Positions 57,786-64,000 of a stretch of DNA of 64,000 bases are shown piece by piece. The stretch's first letter is position 1. Each line of letters begins with the position of its first letter. Origin of the DNA: an uncultured Myxococcales bacterium (lineage in GTDB: Bacteria; Myxococcota_A; SURF-8; CAYNVS01); contig CAYNVS010000002.1 in assembly GCA_964400725.1 (NCBI GenBank), positions 7,372-71,371 on the forward strand, read 5' to 3'. Under the pieces are notes generated by a model, which worked only from the letters and a program-made list of their open reading frames with translations, was not told where the DNA came from and ran no database searches. The position numbers and the translations under genes are program-made.

Positions 57786-57840
57786 TTCTACCATGATGCA
57801 CTTTTTGTTCATTATATTCATTATGTACATTTTGTACATT
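57786..57840. promoter_or_regulatory. AT-rich 9-bp periodic repeat block with paired TGTACA palindromes upstream of the 55794..57680 gene
   Basis: ttcattata/ttcattatg/tacattttg/tacattatt and TGTACA-ttt-TGTACA at 57823..57837, in the 158-nt gap between the radical-SAM gene and the secreted-protein gene. Confidence 0.4.
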
Positions 57841-59128
57841 ATTGCTGCTTTTCCGTCAGAGGTCTCAGCTCGGACGTTCCTCTGCGCTCCGCGTATTCCT
57901 TCCACAGCCCTCCGCACGCCTCGTCCGCCGCGCAGCCGGCGCAGACCGGAGCTTTTACGCGCTCTTCCGACCACGCCGTCGCGGTCTCTTCCAGCTCCGC
58001 GCCTTCCGGCTCCGCCTTCGAATGAGAAACGCAATAGTCTCTAAACTGCGCCCGCATCCGGGCCGGCGCGGCGCACAGAGGGAGATCGTGCATCAAAACG
58101 GGAACGGGAATTTTCTCCGCCTCGGCCAGCAGCCGCTCAAGCGGCTCGCGCATCGCCGTAAGAGTAGGGACGACGTCTTCAAAGCTCTCCGCCGCCGCTC
58201 CGTAAGGATAAACGAAAAAAAAGTCCATCGCGTCGAGCTCGTATTGAGAAAGAAAGCGCGCCGCGGCGTCGAGCCCGCCTAAGTTGTAATTGCAAATTAC
58301 CGTATTTGTAAAAAGCTGCGGCCCGCGCGGGCCGGCCTCTTTGCGGACTCGCAAAATTGCGCTCAGGTTCTCAAGCGCGCGCCGCTTCTGGTCGAACGCC
58401 CTCTTGTTGCGGGTAATTGCCGCCTCTACCGCCTCGTCGCCGGAATGAACGGACAGCGTAATTCTGTCAAGCCCCGCTTCTATCAGCTCGAGCGCGTAAT
58501 CCGGCTCGCAAAGCCTGGCTCCGTTTGAAATTACTTTTACTTCCTTAAAACCCGCCTCGCGCGAAAACCGCGCAAGGTTTGGCAAATCCTCGCGCAGCGT
58601 CGGCTCCATTGCCGAGAACGTAACGCTTTTAAACCCCTTCCTCAGCAGCGATTCGAGCTCCCGCTTCGCTTCGTCCGTCGATATTTCGGCTATCGGCAGA
58701 CGCGCGTCGGTGCAGAAGACGCAGCGGTTCTGGCAGCGCCGCGAAATGAGAAGAACGGTCTGCTCGTTTTTGGGTATGTCGGCCCGCGCGGGAATAAGCG
58801 CTTTCCACGGCGTACCGCAAAGACGCGCTTCGTTGCGCTCGAAGATCGCCGCCACCGCCAGCGCGAGCGTCTTCGCCGCCTCCGACGGCCTCGCTCGTCC
58901 GCCGAAGGCGAACTTTGCGGCGCGGGCGGCCTTCCAATGAGCGGCGTCCGCGTAAGGAGGATACAGCAGAAGAGCGAGCTCGTCGCCGTCGTCCCGCTTA
59001 AAAAGCAGCGACGACTGCGTTTCTCCTTCGGTTAGTTCCGCCAGCCGCCAGCCGCCCATGAACGGCTTCCCCTTAACGATCGGCGCGATGAACGCCGACA
59101 GCGGCTTTTGGGAGAAATTCACGGGCAT
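57839..59128 (-). CDS. Radical SAM enzyme with C-terminal SPASM-like Cys cluster
   Basis: CQNRCVFC (CxxxCxxC) about 135 aa from the N-terminus. C-terminal Cys cluster C...CVSHS...CAGCAADEAC. Start is 4 nt after the stop of the upstream 1081-aa gene, so translationally coupled. Confidence 0.75.
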   Translation of the reverse strand: MPVNFSQKPLSAFIAPIVKGKPFMGGWRLAELTEGETQSSLLFKRDDGDELALLLYPPYADAAHWKAARAAKFAFGGRARPSEAAKTLALAVAAIFERNEARLCGTPWKALIPARADIPKNEQTVLLISRRCQNRCVFCTDARLPIAEISTDEAKRELESLLRKGFKSVTFSAMEPTLREDLPNLARFSREAGFKEVKVISNGARLCEPDYALELIEAGLDRITLSVHSGDEAVEAAITRNKRAFDQKRRALENLSAILRVRKEAGPRGPQLFTNTVICNYNLGGLDAAARFLSQYELDAMDFFFVYPYGAAAESFEDVVPTLTAMREPLERLLAEAEKIPVPVLMHDLPLCAAPARMRAQFRDYCVSHSKAEPEGAELEETATAWSEERVKAPVCAGCAADEACGGLWKEYAERRGTSELRPLTEKQQ

Positions 59129-59132
59129 TGAG

Positions 59133-62100
59133 CTAATTCGTTTTCTTCATTTCGAGCGGTTTGGCCGGATCGCTTACGGCGCTGATTTTAATCGCGTAGC
59201 TGTCTCGCCGCGCAATGTCGGCGTCGGTTACGATGTGAACGTCGAGCAGCCCTTTGGAAGAAAAGCCCGTTTTAAGGTAATTCGCCTCGCCGAGGCTCGC
59301 GCTCCACCCTTCCAAATAATTTTCCAGCGTTTGCCGCTGAATTTCGTTTCCGTCGAAATGAACTATTATATCGATGTCGCTGCCGGCCCCGGCGGTCGCG
59401 TTTTTAACGCTTCCGAAGAGGTACATTCCTTTGACGCCGTACTTCGCCGGGTCTATCGAGGCCGCGACCTTTTCGGCCATGCGCAGGCGCCAGCGCCAAT
59501 GCTCGTCCTGCTTGGTTTCCTTCGTCTCGAATTTAGACAGCTTCGTAATCGAAGCCTGAGGCTTTTTCTCATCCTCCGCCGCCGCCGCGCCGCCTATCGG
59601 CTCCGAAAGAAAACCGTAGGCTTTCTGCTCGTCGCCGTTGGCGTAAACTTGAAGCGCGAGTCCGCCGGTCGCCGCCGCGACGTCGATTACGCGCACGACC
59701 TCGGAGAATTCCGCGCATTCCGGCAGCAAATCGGCCAGCACGCTTGGGCTGTTTTCAAAGAAAGCGCGGTTGAAGACCGCGTCCGGATCGTCGGGATAAA
59801 GCGGAAGATAGCGTATGGAAGCCTCGACCAAATCTTGAAAAAAGTGCGTTCCGAACGACAAATCGGGCGTGTAGTTTCCTTTGCGGAAAGCCATTTCAAC
59901 CAGCGCCGCCGTGTTGTTGATGTCGGAGTAGCCGACCTGCACGCCGAGCTTCACGTCGCCGCGGCTCCCCCAGCGCCCCGGCCCCATTAGTATGAACTGC
60001 CGCTTAGGCAGCGCGTTGTTAAGCCTGCCGACCGTTCTGGCGACCGCCTTCAGCTCGTAGGAGGTATGAAGCGCGTCGTACTTTTCCGGGTTGACGTAAA
60101 CGATATGCGTTACGTCCCGCAGCGAGCCGTCCGAGACGTACTTGTTTGCCGAAAAGAGAACGCGGTCGGGAGAAAGTTTTTTGGGCGGCTCCACCGTTAT
60201 TTTTTCTCCGGAGCCGCTTTGCGGGCGGCATTGCAGCAGATAAAAATTTTCCCCGTCGCACGCGAATTCTATGTCGATCGGCGAATTGTAAGCCTTTGAG
60301 AGAACCTCAAGCAGCGCGTTGATTTTCTTAACGAAATCGCCGCCGCGCACCAGCCCGTCGAAAGTGGCGACCAGAAAATCTTTCTCGAAATCGACGTAAA
60401 CGCCGCAAGGCCGCGTCATTCCGTCGCGGATTATGGAAAAGACGTCCTGAAGCCCTTTGAACTCGCCGCCGCATTCCTTCAGGAAATCTTCGATTTTAAT
60501 CGTTTCGATGCAGTTCTTTTTAATATTTATCGCGTCTATGTACTTGGGCGCGTACGCGATTACCTCTTCCACTCCCGCGTTTACCCTAAGATGCGGCTGC
60601 CCCGGAGCTATCAGAGCCGGATAGTCGTCGCCGAGCCTGTCAACCGCGCGGGTGCCCAGCCCCGGAACGAGCCTCGCCAGCCCGTCTTCGCGCTTTATCC
60701 GCTGGCTCCATCTGAACTCGTTGCAGCTGAACGCGACTCCGGCGTACGTCGGCAAAAGGTAGTCGCCCGCCCGCGAGCCTACTACTTCCTGAATTAAAAT
60801 CGCCATTTCGTCCTGATAATCCAGCAGGCCGCGCTCGGCGCGGTACTGTATCGGGTCGGGGTTGAACATCGAGGCGTAAACTTCGGCTATCGCGTCAAGC
60901 AGGGCTTCGAGACGCTGCTTTTTCGTTCCTTGGTTGGCGATGAACAGGCTTTTATATTTGCCGGAGAACGCCGCTCCGAGGCTGTCTTCGAGCAGCGAGG
61001 ACGAGCGGACTATAAGCGGGCGGTCGCCGAAGTCGTCCAGCGCCATCGCTATGCCTTTAACCATTTCGGGCGAGAACGACGAATTTTTAAACAGCATGAC
61101 GACGTTGGGATACTCCATCCTTATCTGGTCTATGTCGCGGTACTTGTATTCGAGCAGCTCCTCCAAGTGGTTGTAATTGATGAAGTCCATAAGGCCGTCC
61201 GAGGCGATGTACCACGCCTTGGGAGCCTTTATTTCCGCCAGTTCCGGCCGCTGCGGCGCCGCTTGCCGGATTATCTGCATAGCCAAAAACAACCCAGTTG
61301 ATTTGCCGCCCAGCTTGCCGTTGCTGTGAAGCGGATAAATAATGTGGCTTGAAAGCGCCGCGAAGTCGTCTATCCCGACGTATTGTTTGCCGAAGTTAAT
61401 GAACTCCAGACGACGGCTGAGAAATCTGCGTATGAGCGACACTTTTACGGCGTTCATCGTCGAGACGGAAAGATCCGATTCTTTGACGTCTGAGTGTTTA
61501 TAACGGGTTATCGCGTCGGCTATGTCCGACAGCGAAGTGGAGTGGTCTTCAAGCACGTCGATTAGAAAGCTGACCTTGTTTTCCTTAATCCACTTCTGCA
61601 CGCTCGAATAAATCAGCTCGTCGCTTAAACTGCGCGAGGCGATTTCGAATATTTCCTCGGAAACGTCGGCGGTGATGCGCAGAGAGCGTTTTTTAAACGG
61701 CCTGTTAAGCCCCTCGTGTCCCTCCATGTAGCCGTCGTCGTTCATTTCAAGCGCGAGGCCGCCCAGCCGCTCAAGCAGCCGCTTGGCTTCTTCCACGCCA
61801 ATATAGTAAAGGTAATTAAGCATGCGGCGCGAAACGAGCTGAAACAGAGCTTTGTCGCTGATGCGCAGCATGTCCAGAATGGTGCGCCAGTACTGCCGCT
61901 TGCTTTTGGTAACCGCGTCGTTCGCGGCTTCGAGCTCTTTGAATACCGGCATGAGTTGACGGTGAAAAATGTAATGTCCAAGCCGCTCCGCTACCGTGTT
62001 AAGCAGCTTCCGCTCCTCTTTTAAAAACGGCCCGTCGTCCTGCTCGGCCATTTTTTCGCGGTATGAAACTTCGAGCCGTCCTATTATCGCTCCCTGCGCC

Positions 62101-62378
62101 ACTATGTAGGCGGAGCGCGTCCATTCGGTTTCGGCGTAATTGGGCGTAGAATACGAAACGCCTTCGTAGGTTATTCTCGCCTGACACGATTCCGGATAGC
62201 GCCAGCCCGGAGGAAGAACGTCGCAGACGCGCTGAAATATTTCCGCCAACGGCGCGCTCGCGTCGCGCAGTATTTCCTCGATTTGATAAAGGCAGGCAAG
62301 CTCCTTGGCGCGCTCGTTGAGCGAGTCCAGCAGCTTTATTAACGCGCTGTCGCTTTGGCTCATGCAGTTCTCCTTCAA
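59133..62378 (-). CDS. Multidomain protein: N-terminal GAF-like + PEP/pyruvate-binding (PPDK_N, ATP-grasp) domain + C-terminal Pol-beta-type nucleotidyltransferase
   Basis: N-terminal ~150 aa are GAF-like (EERKLLNTVAERLGHYIF). The PPDK_N region has GGKSTGLFLAMQI and IVRSSSLLEDSLGAAFSGKYKSLFIANQG...VYASMF...QYRAERG (cf. RSSAxxED...SFAGQ...YR..G). The C-terminal LFGSVKNATAGAGSDIDIIVHF is a nucleotidyltransferase minimal motif. Confidence 0.7.
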   Translation of the reverse strand: MKENCMSQSDSALIKLLDSLNERAKELACLYQIEEILRDASAPLAEIFQRVCDVLPPGWRYPESCQARITYEGVSYSTPNYAETEWTRSAYIVAQGAIIGRLEVSYREKMAEQDDGPFLKEERKLLNTVAERLGHYIFHRQLMPVFKELEAANDAVTKSKRQYWRTILDMLRISDKALFQLVSRRMLNYLYYIGVEEAKRLLERLGGLALEMNDDGYMEGHEGLNRPFKKRSLRITADVSEEIFEIASRSLSDELIYSSVQKWIKENKVSFLIDVLEDHSTSLSDIADAITRYKHSDVKESDLSVSTMNAVKVSLIRRFLSRRLEFINFGKQYVGIDDFAALSSHIIYPLHSNGKLGGKSTGLFLAMQIIRQAAPQRPELAEIKAPKAWYIASDGLMDFINYNHLEELLEYKYRDIDQIRMEYPNVVMLFKNSSFSPEMVKGIAMALDDFGDRPLIVRSSSLLEDSLGAAFSGKYKSLFIANQGTKKQRLEALLDAIAEVYASMFNPDPIQYRAERGLLDYQDEMAILIQEVVGSRAGDYLLPTYAGVAFSCNEFRWSQRIKREDGLARLVPGLGTRAVDRLGDDYPALIAPGQPHLRVNAGVEEVIAYAPKYIDAINIKKNCIETIKIEDFLKECGGEFKGLQDVFSIIRDGMTRPCGVYVDFEKDFLVATFDGLVRGGDFVKKINALLEVLSKAYNSPIDIEFACDGENFYLLQCRPQSGSGEKITVEPPKKLSPDRVLFSANKYVSDGSLRDVTHIVYVNPEKYDALHTSYELKAVARTVGRLNNALPKRQFILMGPGRWGSRGDVKLGVQVGYSDINNTAALVEMAFRKGNYTPDLSFGTHFFQDLVEASIRYLPLYPDDPDAVFNRAFFENSPSVLADLLPECAEFSEVVRVIDVAAATGGLALQVYANGDEQKAYGFLSEPIGGAAAAEDEKKPQASITKLSKFETKETKQDEHWRWRLRMAEKVAASIDPAKYGVKGMYLFGSVKNATAGAGSDIDIIVHFDGNEIQRQTLENYLEGWSASLGEANYLKTGFSSKGLLDVHIVTDADIARRDSYAIKISAVSDPAKPLEMKKTN

Positions 62379-62575
62379 TTCGGCGGGCGAATAGTTCGCT
62401 TAACCGCGGTTTATTAATTGTATTGATAAGCCGGACGGAAGGCAAGCGGCGTTTATAAGGCCGAATCGCTCTCGCTTTCAGGCTAAAAGTTTATTATCGG
62501 AAGGGCTCGGCTGCGGCGACGACGCCCGGCCTCCGCCCGCGCGAGGTCGTCGGCGTCCTTGGCTTTAGGCGCGTC

Positions 62576-62917
62576 TTATTGTCCGGCGGTTTTACGCTCC
62601 GTTTTAGACAGGTAGTTCGACAGCTTCGCCTTATCGAGGTCGCTGATGTCTAAGAACTTAACGCCCATGCGCGGGTCTCCGTCCGGCTTGCACCATACGA
62701 CTTCCCCTTTGCAGCTTATCGAGTCCTCGAAATCGGGAAAGTTTACCACAAGTTCGCAGACGGTTCCCACCTCCTCGGCGTACGACGACTTGAGGCTCAG
62801 GCCGCCCAGCGATATGTTTTCGATTTTATGGAAGAGCAAAACTTCGTCGCCGGAACAATCGACGAAAGCGTTTACTTCAATCCGCGGATACCTTCTTTTG
62901 TCTCGCAAGTCGGCCAT
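62576..62917 (-). CDS. PilZ-domain c-di-GMP-binding protein
   Basis: 113 aa with KRRYPRIEV (RxxxR) and ENISLGGLSL (DxSxGG) motifs. Confidence 0.75.
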   Translation of the reverse strand: MADLRDKRRYPRIEVNAFVDCSGDEVLLFHKIENISLGGLSLKSSYAEEVGTVCELVVNFPDFEDSISCKGEVVWCKPDGDPRMGVKFLDISDLDKAKLSNYLSKTERKTAGQ

Positions 62918-63109
62918 GCAATCCTCTCGTTGGCTGCTTCAAACCTTTCGATAATATTACACAGAAAAGAGTTCCGTTCAACATATTTTGAAATCATTTT
63001 TTCAAACATTGTCTTGACAGAACAAGACCGCGGCGGTTAATCTTAGCAAAAGAAAGAATGATATTTACAATAAAACATATTAGCAGAACTGTTTTGCCAG
63101 GAGGAAACA

Positions 63110-64000
63110 ATGTCAGACGCTCGTAAAACGGTAATAGTTTCCGCCGCCAGAACCCCCATCGGGGCGATGAACGGCGCCATGTGCGAAATTCCCGCGGTCA
63201 AACTCGGAGCGACGGCCATAACCGAAGCGGTTAAAAGAAGCGGCGTTCCCCTGGACGCGATAGACGAATGCATAATGGGCAACGTGCTTACGGGCGGCTC
63301 CGGTCAGGCCCCGGCGCGTCAGGCGGCTCTGTACGCCAAGCTGCCGACCAAGGTCGAATGCGCCACAATCGGCAAAGTTTGCGGCTCCGGCGCAAAAGCG
63401 ATAGGCCTGGCGGATCAGGCGATTCGCTGCGGCGACGCCGACGTTATTGTCGCGGGCGGAATGGAGTCGATGTCCAACGCGGCGTTCGCGCTTCTTAACG
63501 CGCGCCGCGGCTACCGCATGGGGAACGGAAATCTCATCGACCTTATGATTTACGACGGCCTGTGGGACCCGTACGGCAACAAGCACATGGGAAACTTCGG
63601 CGATTTATGCGCCAAGGAGAAGGGCTTCACGCGCAAGGATCAGGACGACTTCTCCGTAGAATCGTTCAAACGCGCGCAGGCGGCGCAGGCCAACGGCGCG
63701 TTCAACGACGAAATCGTTCCGGTCGCTCTGCCTTCCAAGAAGGGCGAGCCGGTCATGTTCGCCGAGGACGAAGGGCCGAAGAAGGCGAACTTTGAGAAGA
63801 TGCCGACGCTCAAGCCCGCGTTTTCTCCCGACGGCACGGTAACGGCCGCCAACGCAAGCAGCATTAACGACGGAGCCGCGGCGGTCGTCCTCATGGGCGA
63901 AGACAAGGCCGCGCAGATGGGCTGCAAACCGCTGGCGCGCATCATTTCGCAGGCTTCCTATGCGGAGCCGCCCGAATGGTTCACAATCGCGCCGGTGGGC
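63110..64000 (+). CDS. Acetyl-CoA C-acetyltransferase (thiolase II), 3' end cut by window edge
   Basis: Not in the ORF track because it has no stop. AGGAGG RBS then the ATG at 63110. VIVSAARTPIG, the active-site Cys region GKVCGSG, GGMESMS and ANASSINDGAAAVVL are all present. Confidence 0.85.
   Translation, partial: MSDARKTVIVSAARTPIGAMNGAMCEIPAVKLGATAITEAVKRSGVPLDAIDECIMGNVLTGGSGQAPARQAALYAKLPTKVECATIGKVCGSGAKAIGLADQAIRCGDADVIVAGGMESMSNAAFALLNARRGYRMGNGNLIDLMIYDGLWDPYGNKHMGNFGDLCAKEKGFTRKDQDDFSVESFKRAQAAQANGAFNDEIVPVALPSKKGEPVMFAEDEGPKKANFEKMPTLKPAFSPDGTVTAANASSINDGAAAVVLMGEDKAAQMGCKPLARIISQASYAEPPEWFTIAPVG

Noticed and set aside
62379-62575. GC-rich imperfect inverted repeat (cggcgacgacg ... 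cgtcgtcggcg) between pilZ and the 1081-aa gene as a terminator
   Set aside because: Arms are imperfect, the loop is about 20 nt and no U-tract follows on the minus strand. Not convincing as an intrinsic terminator.
1-64000. Mobile elements, prophage, tRNA, rRNA
   Set aside because: No transposase, integrase, recombinase or phage structural motifs. No cloverleaf-like or rRNA-like conserved segments in any intergenic region. None called.

Overview
High-GC (~58%) bacterial chromosomal window with about 45 protein-coding genes on both strands. I recognise no rRNA or tRNA genes, CRISPR arrays, transposases or integrases. Housekeeping genes I can support: gyrA; ksgA/rsmA; bifunctional formimidoyltransferase-cyclodeaminase (ftcD-like); kup; tdk; a lysC-lysA operon; a split ATP-synthase module (atpZ/atpI-like, atpB, atpE) ending in a strong terminator; a sensor histidine kinase; a PilZ protein; and a 3'-truncated thiolase. 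These are interleaved with many secreted or envelope proteins. Three secreted proteins carry the same cryptic tail (a Gly/Cys 'GC' motif, a hydrophobic helix, then an Arg/Lys cluster), which resembles MYXO-CTERM-type sorting signals, and a CPBP-family intramembrane protease sits nearby. One of these proteins lies immediately downstream of a coupled gene pair encoding an unusual GAF + PEP/pyruvate-binding (PPDK_N) + nucleotidyltransferase fusion and a radical-SAM/SPASM enzyme. I consider that cluster the best candidate for an undescribed protein-maturation system. Also notable: a 4137-aa lipoprotein-like giant with more than 25 Ig-like 'FDFTxP' domains, a Kelch propeller and four PPC-like domains, containing a near-identical 369-bp internal duplication; a 1500-aa ORF that looks like an S8 protease and a GH5-like glycosidase lipoprotein joined across an A8 homopolymer; a divergent RelA/SpoT-fold-like protein; and an orphan terminator hairpin in the lysC leader. 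Many minus-strand ORFs nested inside plus-strand genes are antisense artefacts of high GC content.
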